Of a DNA stretch of 64,000 nt, positions 10,172-20,260 are shown one piece after another. This stretch comes from Spirochaetia bacterium (GTDB lineage Bacteria > Spirochaetota > Spirochaetia > CADAEX01). Numbering within the stretch: the first letter of the stretch is position 1; every line of letters starts with the position of its first letter. The position numbers and the translations under genes were made by a program. The notes under the pieces are model-generated. The model ran no database searches. It worked only from the letters and a program-made list of their open reading frames with translations, and had not been told where the DNA came from. The stretch spans positions 64,001 to 128,000 of the forward strand of contig CAXXHA010000011.1 in NCBI GenBank assembly GCA_963662265.2. The letters run 5' to 3'.

Positions 10172-11490
10172 AGTTTGTTCCGGTTCCTGCAGGGAGACTG
10201 ATATATCTACTTTTAATACCGGTTTCAATGATTCTGTTTTCAGTATTAATCCCTGTAAATGTAAATATAATTATCCTGACAGATTTATTAATTCTTGTTT
10301 TTGCCGCAGCTGACCTTATCAATGGATATGAAAACCGGTTTTTAGATATCTCAACTGAACCTGACAAGGTTTTCTATATAAACCACCCTGATGAAATCAG
10401 TATTGAAATTATTTCAGGGAATAAAAATGATTTTAATGCTGAAATAAATTTCGACCTTCCCCGGTTCTGGTCGGCAGATGAAGGGGTGAGGGAATATTTA
10501 ATCAGAAGAAACCAGTCAACTTTTTTGAAATACCGCCTGACAGCTAAAAGACGGGGGAGGTACCTGTTTAAGACTGTTCATTTAAGATTCAAATCCCGGT
10601 TTAAATTGTTCAGGTTCTACGGAAGAGCCAGTCTTAATACCCAGGTATCTGTATATCCTGATTACAGGCAGCTCAAGGAATATTTCCTCCTGAACAGGAG
10701 CAACCGTTTGTTTGAAATGGGTATTCATAAAAACCGTTACCGGGGCCACGGCACGGAAATGGAATCGCTCAGGGAATATACAAAGGATGATGATGCAAGG
10801 TTTATAGAGTGGAAAGCTTCATCAAGGTTAAACAGGCCTGTTACAAAAGTATTTGAGATGGAATCAACAAATGATATAGTTTTTGTCCTTGATTGCGGGA
10901 GGCTTATGACTTCCGAGGAAAATAATCTCTCATCGCTGGATCATGCAGTGCAGGCGCTTCTTGTGCTGTCAAATGCTGCTGTATCAATGGGCGACAGGAT
11001 CCGGGTAGTGGCTTTTTCAGATAGAATAATCGGGGATTATTCTCCCCCCAGGTACGGAAATCCCATGAAAAAAATCATTAATTTCATAACACCGATCCAG
11101 GCTGAATTTACCGAATCAAACTATTCTCTTGTTTTTTCCCATCTGCAAAACTCGATAAAAAAGAGGTCTCTTGTGATTCTTGTAAGTGATTTGATAGATG
11201 ATATTAATTACAATCTTTTCCGGAATAACCTGATGCTTCTTGCCAGGAGAAATGCAGTCCTTTTTCTTCTTCTGAGGGACAGCCTTCTTCAGGAGGCTGC
11301 TGACAGTAGCGCAGATACAATGGGTGATATATATAATGTGACTGCAGCAAGGTCTATGTTTATAAACAGAAGCAAGGCTCTTTTTAAATTGAAGCAGACC
11401 GGAATTACTGTTCTTGATCTTCTTCCCTGCCAGGTTACTGCAAAGCTTGTCGATAAATATATGCAGATGAAAGCTGATAACAGAATTTAA
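10168..11490 (+). CDS. DUF58 domain (vWA-like) protein
   Basis: RRGRY, VYPD, G.GTEMESLREY..DDDARFIEWKAS, LDCGRLM and LVSDL motifs; ATGA overlap with moxR. Confidence 0.9.
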   Translation: MKFVPVPAGRLIYLLLIPVSMILFSVLIPVNVNIIILTDLLILVFAAADLINGYENRFLDISTEPDKVFYINHPDEISIEIISGNKNDFNAEINFDLPRFWSADEGVREYLIRRNQSTFLKYRLTAKRRGRYLFKTVHLRFKSRFKLFRFYGRASLNTQVSVYPDYRQLKEYFLLNRSNRLFEMGIHKNRYRGHGTEMESLREYTKDDDARFIEWKASSRLNRPVTKVFEMESTNDIVFVLDCGRLMTSEENNLSSLDHAVQALLVLSNAAVSMGDRIRVVAFSDRIIGDYSPPRYGNPMKKIINFITPIQAEFTESNYSLVFSHLQNSIKKRSLVILVSDLIDDINYNLFRNNLMLLARRNAVLFLLLRDSLLQEAADSSADTMGDIYNVTAARSMFINRSKALFKLKQTGITVLDLLPCQVTAKLVDKYMQMKADNRI

Positions 11491-11566
11491 CAAAAGTATA
11501 GTATTTTAAATCCTTTTTTTTCAATAAAATAATATTATACTGATATATACAGTGAATAATATTATA

Positions 11567-11602
11567 ATGGAAATAAATATGGAAATAAATATGGAAATAA
11601 TA
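11567..11602 (+). repeat. Tandem 12-bp repeat ATGGAAATAAAT x3 (third copy imperfect)
   Basis: atggaaataaat atggaaataaat atggaaataata read directly from the sequence. Confidence 0.9.
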
Positions 11603-12373
11603 AGAAATAAGAAAGCTTTTATCTGTGATATGGATGGTGTTATCTACCATGGAAACCGTATCCTCCCGGGAGTTCACGAATTTGTTGAATGGCTCCAGAA
11701 AAAATATAAAAAATACCTGTTTCTGACAAACAGCAGCTCAAAAACTCCCAGGGAGCTTAGAGAGAAAATGCTCCGCCTGGGACTTGATATCGGTGAAGAA
11801 CATTTCTATACAAGCGCACTTGCCACTGCGGAGTTTCTCTCGACACAGAAGAAAAACGGAAGTGTCTATGTTGTAGGTGATGCGGGAATTTACAATGCCC
11901 TCTATAATGCCGGTTTTTCTGTTAATGATACAAATCCCGATTATGTTGTTGTAAGTGAGACTGATAATTACAACTTCGCAACTCTTCAGAAAGCTGTAGA
12001 GCTTGTAATGAACGGGGCAAAACTGATAGGTACAAATCCGGACCTTTCAGATCCTTCAGAAAAGGGGATAATTCCTGCAACCGGTTCTCTTATTGCTCCA
12101 ATAGAGCTTACAACAGGCAGCAAGGCATATTTTATAGGAAAGCCAAATCCCCTGATGATGAGGACTGCCCTAAAAATACTGAGTACACAGAGAGAGGATA
12201 CAGTAATTATAGGGGACAGGATGGAAACAGATATAATAGCAGGGATGGAATCTGAGATTACAACTGCGCTTGTTTTGAGCGGAGTAACATCAGAGTCTGA
12301 TCTTAGTAAATTTGCATACTGTCCGGATTATGTATTGAACGGGGTTGGCGATATTCCTGAATTGTCATTTTAG
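11567..12373 (+). CDS. nagD: HAD-IIA hydrolase (NagD-like sugar-phosphate/nucleotide phosphatase)
   Basis: CDMDGVIY, FLTNSS, TNPD, IGKP, IGDRMETDI and VLSGVT motifs. The start is ambiguous among three repeated ATGs. Confidence 0.85.
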   Translation: MEINMEINMEIIRNKKAFICDMDGVIYHGNRILPGVHEFVEWLQKKYKKYLFLTNSSSKTPRELREKMLRLGLDIGEEHFYTSALATAEFLSTQKKNGSVYVVGDAGIYNALYNAGFSVNDTNPDYVVVSETDNYNFATLQKAVELVMNGAKLIGTNPDLSDPSEKGIIPATGSLIAPIELTTGSKAYFIGKPNPLMMRTALKILSTQREDTVIIGDRMETDIIAGMESEITTALVLSGVTSESDLSKFAYCPDYVLNGVGDIPELSF

Positions 12374-12500
12374 TATAAAATTGAAATTGGAACTATTTAT
12401 TTAAATTAAACAAGTTATACTGTATTATTTGAAATAATCAAAAAAGTGAAATATTCTTTATTATATATTGAGAGTTTATATATAAATTAAAGAAATAATA

Positions 12501-13322
12501 ATGGATCTGATCATGTATAAAAAAATAATACTGTTGTTCGTAATTTTCAATTCAATATATGCTCAGGGAAGTGAGTTGAAAATTGCGTTAATGGAAGCTC
12601 CTCTGCTTACAGAAAGTAAAAACAGTAGTGGGCTTGGATATGGTATTATTTCTGACATAATTAAAAATGCCTGCAATTATGGGGGGCTGGAATATTCTCC
12701 TGTTTTTTATCCATTAAAAAGAGCAGGAGTTAAATTTGAAAATGATGATATACCTTTTATATTGGGGGTTGTCGGGAAAAAACCAGTTGATTCAGAAAAA
12801 TCAGAAGATAATTATCTATATTTGCCATGTTATAAAGTTATTTCATCTTTTTATTATTACAAACCAAACTGGAACCGGAAAAATCGATACAAAGAATATT
12901 CAGATTTAAAAGATATCAGGATCGGGATTCCACGGGGATTGCATTTAAAAAAAACATTTGAAGAAGCTGGAATTATTGTGGAAGAATATAATAATCCAGA
13001 ATTTGCTACAAAAATGCTTATTTCCGGAAGAATTGAATTATTGTTTCAAATAGATTTTATACAGATAAATATTATAAATAATAAATATAAAAAATATAAA
13101 GATAATTTTAACAAGCTGAAACATATTTATTCAAAGTCTGTTCTTGGATTGATTTATAAATCAAACAATAAAATTGCTGCTGTTGCGGCAGATAAATTTC
13201 ATGATGGATTATTGAAAATTGTTGAAAATGGAAAATATATGGAAATATTGAAAAGGTATTATTCACCTGAAAAAGTTCCCCAACATCATGCGGATTTTTT
13301 ACAGAATTTATTACGTAAATAG
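12501..13322 (+). CDS. Solute-binding protein, family 3 (polar amino acid-type), orphan
   Basis: Signal peptide; G...DII..A, YPLKRA, DLKDIRIGIPRG, KMLISGRIE and ENGKYMEILKRY motifs. Confidence 0.75.
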   Translation: MDLIMYKKIILLFVIFNSIYAQGSELKIALMEAPLLTESKNSSGLGYGIISDIIKNACNYGGLEYSPVFYPLKRAGVKFENDDIPFILGVVGKKPVDSEKSEDNYLYLPCYKVISSFYYYKPNWNRKNRYKEYSDLKDIRIGIPRGLHLKKTFEEAGIIVEEYNNPEFATKMLISGRIELLFQIDFIQINIINNKYKKYKDNFNKLKHIYSKSVLGLIYKSNNKIAAVAADKFHDGLLKIVENGKYMEILKRYYSPEKVPQHHADFLQNLLRK

Positions 13323-13526
13323 TAAAGATAAAAAATGGTTAAGATCAAAAAAAGTTAATGATCAGGATGTTTTGAACTATATTATTTCCTGAATATTAGA
13401 AAAAATATAGAATTAATTATCAAAACAGTTGAAATATTAAATTCGTCAAGAGAATTCATTATTTTTATGTTGAATAATGGTAATTCACTTTATCAAAAAC
13501 TATAATTATTTGAGGATTTTTTTGTT

Positions 13527-14363
13527 GTGATTTATAAAATCAGGAAGACTGTATTGATGAATAGTGTTTTCAATCTACTGTTTATTGTAGTGATATTATT
13601 AGTTTCTTCAGAAATTTATGCAGATGAAAAACTTATAATAGTCGGAGAATCCTGGCCTCCCTATTATTATGTTGATGAAGGTAAAATATCCGGAATTGAT
13701 GTTGATGTGGCAGGACAAATATTCAGTAAACTGGGTGTTAAACATGAATTCAGGATTTATCCCTGGAAGAGGTGCTGGCATATGCTTGTATACGGCAAAG
13801 CAGATGTCGGAATTTCTGTTTCTGATCAGCCGGATCGTAGCAGATATGTCTATTATCCTGAAAATGAAGTATGGAATGCAGATTATGCTGCATTTGCCAA
13901 AAGAAAAACAATCAGAGAATATGAAATAAATTCACTTAATGATATCAAAAATAAGAAACTGAAGGTGGGGATTGTTGACGGTAATTCATATTATCCCGGT
14001 TTCTGGGAAGTTTTTGAATCACCCGGCCATATGGCTGGAAAATATAACCCGCTTCTGGATTCCGCAACTACTGTTGAGCAGAATTTCAGGAAACTTGAAG
14101 CCGGCCGGATAGATATATTTATAATACCTGAAACAGTCGGGCTTTACTTGCTTAAAAAGCTGGGGCTTAAATCAAGTATTTCAAATTACAGGAAAATAAT
14201 TTTTTCCAAATCTTATCCGAACGTTTTTTCGAAAAAATCCGGGTTTGAAAACAGAAATTATAAAGATATTACAGAGTTAATGGGGGCGTATGACGAAGAA
14301 CTTGAAATTTTCAAGAAAACTGACGAATTTAAATTCATTTTTGAAAAGTATATTTCAGATTGA
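13527..14363 (+). CDS. Solute-binding protein, family 3, orphan
   Basis: ESWPPY, SGIDVDV, YPWKRC and NFRKLEAGRIDIFI motifs; signal peptide. Confidence 0.85.
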   Translation: MIYKIRKTVLMNSVFNLLFIVVILLVSSEIYADEKLIIVGESWPPYYYVDEGKISGIDVDVAGQIFSKLGVKHEFRIYPWKRCWHMLVYGKADVGISVSDQPDRSRYVYYPENEVWNADYAAFAKRKTIREYEINSLNDIKNKKLKVGIVDGNSYYPGFWEVFESPGHMAGKYNPLLDSATTVEQNFRKLEAGRIDIFIIPETVGLYLLKKLGLKSSISNYRKIIFSKSYPNVFSKKSGFENRNYKDITELMGAYDEELEIFKKTDEFKFIFEKYISD

Positions 14364-14420
14364 AGTATAAAAAGATAGTAATTAATATTTTTTATGATAA
14401 GCTGTTAACATATAATTAAG

Positions 14421-14474
14421 TTTTATTAACAGAGCGGGTCTAATACACCGCAGCTTGCGGCGGAATAGTTGATT
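14421..14474. repeat. GC-rich palindromic REP/IS200-IS605-end-like element (short copy)
   Basis: ttttattaacagagcgggtctaatacaccgcagcttgcggcggaatagttgatt; imperfect hairpin at 14448-14463; similar to the element at 60828-60950. Confidence 0.5.
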
Positions 14475-14508
14475 ATATTTCATTAAAAGAAAAAAATCGG
14501 GGTATATT

Positions 14509-15351
14509 ATGACAGGTAAAATAAAATATATAATTATTCTTATAATTTCAGTTTTGCTGCTGAGCAGCTGTTTCGATGTTGAAACTGAAATTACTGTTAA
14601 AAAAGACGGAAGCGGCATAATCATGCAGAAGGTGCTTTTTTCACAGATGCTTGTTGCCCAGATGTCCGGTCTTGCAGCGAGTTTCGGTGCTGAAGAGGAG
14701 GAAAACAGCTCGTTAAGCATGTATGATGAGGAAAAACTGAAATCAGAGGCATCTTCATACGGTGAGGGAGTCGAGTTTTTATCAGGCCGGGAAATAACTG
14801 AAGGTGAAAAAGCCGGTTACGAAGTGAAGTACAGCTTTGATGATATAAGAACACTCAGGATAAACAGCAATCCTTCAGCAGTTCTGGATATGCCGCAGCA
14901 GGAAGAGGGAGAACCTGATCTTTTCAGCTTTGAATTCTCTGATAAGGGGAAGTCCTCCATTCTTACTGTAATAATGGCAGAGCCTGAGTCAGAAGAAAAT
15001 GTTTCAGAAGAACTTGCTGCTGATTATCCCTCTGAGCAGGAAACAGATATTGAAAATTCAGAAGTTGATGATCAGACAATGAGCATCATGAAGCAGATGT
15101 TTTCAGGAATGAAATTCAGTTATAGAATTAAAATAGACGGTAAAATAACAGATACAGATGCGGATAATGTCGATGGCCAGGTTATTACACTCATTGAAAT
15201 GGATTTTGACAAGCTTCTTGAAAATCCTGATTCTTTTAATGAACTTGAAAATCTTCAGGGAGATAATTCTGATGAAGCTGTTAAGGCTATGAAGGATATG
15301 GAAGGGGTCAAGGTGGAGCTTAAAGACAGGATAAAAATAACTTACAGATAA
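14509..15351 (+). CDS. Lipoprotein (LppM/DUF3153-like), acidic
   Basis: Lipobox LLSSC followed by FDVETEITVKKDGSG; acidic linker. Confidence 0.7.
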   Translation: MTGKIKYIIILIISVLLLSSCFDVETEITVKKDGSGIIMQKVLFSQMLVAQMSGLAASFGAEEEENSSLSMYDEEKLKSEASSYGEGVEFLSGREITEGEKAGYEVKYSFDDIRTLRINSNPSAVLDMPQQEEGEPDLFSFEFSDKGKSSILTVIMAEPESEENVSEELAADYPSEQETDIENSEVDDQTMSIMKQMFSGMKFSYRIKIDGKITDTDADNVDGQVITLIEMDFDKLLENPDSFNELENLQGDNSDEAVKAMKDMEGVKVELKDRIKITYR

Positions 15352-15386
15352 ATAATTAAAATATTATATAAATCAGTATTTCTTAC

Positions 15387-15423
15387 AAGCCATGAATTCT
15401 TCTGAATGCATGGCTTTCTTTTT
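15387..15423 (+). terminator. Rho-independent terminator
   Basis: aagccatg..attc/gaat..catggctt stem followed by a T-rich tract. Confidence 0.6.
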
Positions 15424-15566
15424 AATCAGCTTTTCTTTCTTCCTGATTTTTGCGTTTTATTACAAAGATAAATGAAAATATACAGGTTTACTACATGTCT
15501 GATAAATATCTTAATGAATAAATACCGTTATATATGTGGTTAGGCATATTAAAACCGTACATATAT

Positions 15567-15595
15567 TTGACCAAAAAGCTTTTAAATGGTAAGAT
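15567..15595 (+). promoter_or_regulatory. Sigma70-type promoter
   Basis: TTGACC-17bp-TAAGAT with TG extension. Confidence 0.6.
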
Positions 15596-15634
15596 TTAAG
15601 AACTTGTAAATAATAAATGTTAGGAGATATTAGT

Positions 15635-17443
15635 ATGGTTCAGCGAGTAAGTTCTGATATGGCTCTTGTCAATACCGGGAAACCGGAACTTTTCAGGGAA
15701 CAGTTCCCTTATTCCCAGGTACCTTTGATTTTATTTGATGAAAAATCAGTACCAATGTCTCCTCCGGAAAATATATGGATTACAGATACAACTTTCAGGG
15801 ACGGCCAGCAGGCCCGTCCTCCGTATAAGCCTGAGCAGATTATACATATATTTGACCTTCTCCACCGGCTGGGCGGTGAGAACGGCATTATAAGGCAGAG
15901 TGAATTCTTTTTGTACAGTGAAAGGGACAGGGAAGCTGTGGAAGCCTGTATTGACAGGAAGTATTCCTATCCGGAAGTTACCGGGTGGATAAGGGCACAT
16001 GAGGAAGATTTCAAGCTTGTAAAGAATTTCGGCCTGAAAGAAACCGGAATTCTCACATCTGTTTCTGATTATCATATCTATATAAAGCTAAAGAGCGACC
16101 GTAAAAAAGTCCTTGAAAAATATCTTCAGATAGTCAGAAAGTCTCTTGAAGAGGGAATTATCCCCCGCTGCCATTTTGAGGATGTGACAAGGGCTGATAT
16201 TTACGGTTTCTGCCTCCCTTTTGCCCGGGAGCTTCTGAAGCTTTCACAGGAAAGCGGAATACCTGTCAAAATAAGGCTATGCGATACCATGGGATACGGC
16301 ATATCATACCCGGGAGCTGTACTTCCGAGGAGTGTTCCAAAAATCATACATGCTTTTCATAAAGAGCTTGGATACCCTTCAGAACTTCTTGAATGGCATG
16401 GTCATAATGATTTTCACAAGGTACTGATCAACGGTACTACTGCATGGCTTTACGGCTGTTCTTCACTCAATGCATCGCTTTTCGGATATGGAGAGAGGAC
16501 AGGTAATCCCCCTCTCGAAGGCGCTGTAATGGAATATATAGGAATAAGGGGAAGTTCGGACGGTATTGATACCAGGGTAATTACAGAGCTAGCTGAATAT
16601 TTTGAAAGAGAGATAAAGGCGCCCATACCTACCAATTATCCTTTTGCCGGAGCTGATTTCAACACTACAAGAGCCGGTATCCATGCCGACGGCCTTCTCA
16701 AGAATGAAGAGATATATAATATATTTGATACTGCGAAAATACTTGACCGGCCTCTTCGGGTTATGGTTACAGATAAATCGGGAATGGCTGGTATAGCACG
16801 CTGGCTCAATGAAAATATCGCGGGAATAGTGGACGGAAGCAAGGAAATGCTTACGAAACGGCACCCGGGAGTAAAGTATATATATGAATGGGTAATGGAA
16901 CAGTATGAGCAGGGAAGGACAACCAGTATTTCGTCCGAGGAAATTCTCTACAGGGCACGTCACTATATCCCCTCATTGTTTGAATCTGATTTTGAGAGGG
17001 CAAAAAAAGGGGCTCTTGCCCTTGCAGAGCGGTTTGCTGAACAGCTTTCACAGTCTCCTGAAATATCATCCGGAGACAGCGGGGAACTTGAAAACTATCT
17101 CAAGAAGATTATCGCCCGTGAGCCTTTCATACATCTTATTGCTGTTACTGACACAGAAGGGCACAGGATTGTTCCGCTCCAGACACAGAGAGGAGAAAAG
17201 GGCAAGTTCCGCCGCCTAAGCAGAAAGGATTTCAACAACAAGGAATGGTTCAAGAATGTTCTGACAAAAGGGGAAATATACCAGTCAGATCTCTTTTTCT
17301 CCGAATACACAGGCAAGCTGATTATGACAACAGCGCTTCCATTGATGAACAGGGAAGGTAAGCTTTACGGGGTTCTTGATGTTGATTTTAAATTTGAAGA
17401 AGTTGTAAAACTGATTGATGATCTTCCTGTGAAGGATATCTGA
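15635..17443 (+). CDS. Re-citrate synthase-like DRE-TIM metallolyase with C-terminal Cache/PDC-like domain
   Basis: ITDTTFRDGQQA, RCHFEDVTRAD, CDTMG, WHGHND, GERTGN and AGIHADG motifs. C-terminal EWFK...SDLFFSEYTGKLIMTTALP..N..G..YGVL.VD. AGGAGA RBS before ATG 15635. Confidence 0.8.
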   Translation: MVQRVSSDMALVNTGKPELFREQFPYSQVPLILFDEKSVPMSPPENIWITDTTFRDGQQARPPYKPEQIIHIFDLLHRLGGENGIIRQSEFFLYSERDREAVEACIDRKYSYPEVTGWIRAHEEDFKLVKNFGLKETGILTSVSDYHIYIKLKSDRKKVLEKYLQIVRKSLEEGIIPRCHFEDVTRADIYGFCLPFARELLKLSQESGIPVKIRLCDTMGYGISYPGAVLPRSVPKIIHAFHKELGYPSELLEWHGHNDFHKVLINGTTAWLYGCSSLNASLFGYGERTGNPPLEGAVMEYIGIRGSSDGIDTRVITELAEYFEREIKAPIPTNYPFAGADFNTTRAGIHADGLLKNEEIYNIFDTAKILDRPLRVMVTDKSGMAGIARWLNENIAGIVDGSKEMLTKRHPGVKYIYEWVMEQYEQGRTTSISSEEILYRARHYIPSLFESDFERAKKGALALAERFAEQLSQSPEISSGDSGELENYLKKIIAREPFIHLIAVTDTEGHRIVPLQTQRGEKGKFRRLSRKDFNNKEWFKNVLTKGEIYQSDLFFSEYTGKLIMTTALPLMNREGKLYGVLDVDFKFEEVVKLIDDLPVKDI

Positions 17444-17509
17444 AAGGGATATAACTGCTGAAATTACATAAATAACTTTAATTATATATTTAATCATTGT
17501 TGAGGATTC

Positions 17510-17538
17510 TTGACTGCCATATTATAAAAAGGTAGCTT
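17510..17538 (+). promoter_or_regulatory. Sigma70-type promoter immediately before the kinase ATG
   Basis: TTGACT-17bp-TAGCTT; ATG 8 nt downstream with no SD. Confidence 0.5.
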
Positions 17539-17546
17539 AACTCATA

Positions 17547-19482
17547 ATGAAATTCTCATACAAACTGATTATTGTCCTGCTGTCAGTCTCAATATCTGCT
17601 GTTGTTCTTTTCAGCATAGCTAATTACAACAACAGCTCAAAATATATTCTGACACTTGAAAAAAAACAATCTGTCTGAAAAAAGCCTCATTATACAGAAG
17701 CAGATGGACCATTATCTGAGTCAGTCTGCAAATTTTATATTCGGTCTCGGTACAAACCCGAGAATACTGAACTTTCTTTCAGACAGGAGTTATGAAAAAA
17801 CTGATGAGATTAATTTTCTACTGGATAAAATACAAAATTTCAACAGTGATGAATATTCAGCTATTTTTCTGATAGATAAGTCAGGGTTCTGCAGGGCTTC
17901 AACTGACAGGAGATTTATCGGAACAGATTACAGTTTCAGGCTGTATTACCAGAATGTTATTGATAAACGCAATAACCTGTTTGTTTCTGATTATTCAATC
18001 GGTTTGAGAAGCCTTATTCCCGGAATCTTTTTTTCCATACCGCTTGAAGATGATAACGGTTTTTTCACAGGAGTGCTTGTTGTCAAGATAAGCGGCAATT
18101 ATCTCCAGGAAAAGATTGATGAGCTTAATAATTTTGAAAAATCAATAATGTTCAGTGATGAGGATATCGAGAATATTAAGCTTTTCAAAAATATTGACAT
18201 ACCTGATTTAAATCCGGAAGCATTTATTATAAACCAGGACGGAATAATCATAATGCATCCTGATCCGGGACGTCTTTTTCACAGTATTACTGATCTTTCG
18301 CCTGATACAGTAAACAGGCTCCGAGAAAGCCAGCAGTTTCTCGGACGAAAGATAACAAGTCTTGATGAACCGGTACTCGGACAGCTCCACAGGGAGGCTC
18401 TGCAGGCCCAGAAGCCGATGACATCTGTATATAGGAATGAAAAGGAGGCAAGCTGGCATGTTCTTGCCCTTGCACCGCTTGAGAATAACAGGTGGTGTAT
18501 AGGTGTAAGCATGAGTTATGATGAATTCCTCCTGTCTTCGCATGAACTCCTGGTAAAAACTGTTGTAATAAGTATTATAGTCCTGATAGCAGTTCTTGCA
18601 GCAGCCCTTTATCTCTCACAGGTAATTACACGTCCTATGAACTATCTTATGATGATAATCTCCGATGCTATGAATAAAAACTGGAGCATCAGATTTAAAT
18701 CTGATAATAATGATGAATTTTCATTTCTTGGAGAGAGATTTAATGAACTGATGGATATTATTGAGGACTATTCGATGAACATGGAGCAGCAGGTCAGGGA
18801 AAGGACAGAAGAGGTAATTAATCTCCAGAGAGAAAATACACGCCTTAGAATAATGGAAGAAAAAGAAAGGCTTTACCGCGACCTTCATGATTCCCTCGGC
18901 GCACGGCTTACAAATATTAATATCTGCAATAATGTTGCAAAATCGATTATTCATAATGATATGTCCCGTACGGAAGAAATGCTTGTAAGGATTGATGCAA
19001 ACTGTGAACAGGCGATTGAGGATATGAAAAACCTTTTATCCGAGGGTGCTTCTGAAATGTTTAATGAGGAACTTTTCGGCCCCAAGATGGTTGAGAGATT
19101 CAGAAAAAGGCTCTCTCTCCAGAATATTGAACTGAAAACTAAAATACCTGACAGAAATGATTTTCCTCCACTCAGCAAAGAGATATATCATGAATTAAAC
19201 ATGATTCTTGAAGAATTGATAACGAATGTGTTAAAACATGCATATGCCAAAAAAATACGCCTCATTGTTTCCTTCAGGAAAAATGAAATGATCCTTGAAT
19301 TTACGGACAACGGTATTGGAATGAAGGAGAAAAGCATCGACAGGGGATACGGACTTGGTAATATTGAAAAAAGAACAGCCAGATTGAATTCTGAACTTAT
19401 TGTAAACACTCTACCCGGCAGGGGGACTTCATATTTAATTAAAATACCCCTGGAAAAAGCAGGAGCTGAAATAAATGAATAA
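17547..19482 (+). CDS. Sensor histidine kinase (dCache-HAMP-HisKA_3-HATPase), frameshift at A8 run 17659-17666
   Basis: MKFSYKLIIVLLSVSISAVVLFS TM helix in a different frame from ORF 17656..19482. Motifs DYSFRLYY, DEFSFLGERFN, RDLHDSLG, ELITNVLKHA, DNGIG and GYGLGNI. Confidence 0.88.
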
Positions 19483-20125
19483 ACAGAGCAAACTGAAAAT
19501 TGTACTTGTTGAAGATATAAAAGATGTAAGGGAAGGACTTAAGTATTTCCTTTCCCTTGAACCGACATATTCTGTAATTAATACATATGAGGCTGCTGAA
19601 GACCTTATAACAGGTCTTAAAGATGGGCTGACTCCTGATGTAATTTTAATGGATATAGAACTTCCCGGAATGAACGGCATTGAGGCTACCCGTATAATCA
19701 CACAGAAATTCCCTTCAATTTCCATCCTTATTCTGACTATTTTTGAGGAAGAAGTAAAAATACTTCAAGCATTAAGAAGCGGCGCCAAGGGGTATATTCT
19801 TAAGAATACAAAACCCCAGGACCTTATTGACCAGATTAAATGCCTCTCTGAAGGTGGTACTCCCATAAGCCCCTCCATAGCAGGAACCCTGGTTTCTGAA
19901 ATACAGAAAACTGCTCCACCTGCAAAGAAGGATTACTCTCTGACAAGCAGGGAAAAACAGATACTCGAGGATATCATAGAAGGGCATACAAGCCGTGAAA
20001 TTGCAAACAAGTATTCCATATCAGCATCAACAGCGAAAAAGCATATTCTCCATATTTACCAGAAACTTAATGTTAAATCAAAAGTTGAAATAGTAAAAAA
20101 AGTAATTAACGAACATCTTCTCTGA
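19475..20125 (+). CDS. NarL/LuxR family response regulator
   Basis: VED, PDVILMDIELPGMNG, GAKGYILK; HTH LTSREKQIL...HIYQKLNV. Confidence 0.95.
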   Translation: MNKQSKLKIVLVEDIKDVREGLKYFLSLEPTYSVINTYEAAEDLITGLKDGLTPDVILMDIELPGMNGIEATRIITQKFPSISILILTIFEEEVKILQALRSGAKGYILKNTKPQDLIDQIKCLSEGGTPISPSIAGTLVSEIQKTAPPAKKDYSLTSREKQILEDIIEGHTSREIANKYSISASTAKKHILHIYQKLNVKSKVEIVKKVINEHLL

Positions 20126-20130
20126 TACTG

Positions 20131-20154
20131 TTTATGGGCCTTTTGGCCCATAAA
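20131..20154. promoter_or_regulatory. Perfect inverted repeat (terminator or regulator site)
   Basis: tttatgggcc-tttt-ggcccataaa between the response regulator and dctP. Confidence 0.5.
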
Positions 20155-20260
20155 ACATCTCCGGCTCCAGAAAAAAGTTGTTATATTTACTCCTTTGGGT
20201 CAATTGTTGTCACTTTATACCGGTGATAGCATTAACCATGTTTATACAAAGGAGACTAAA

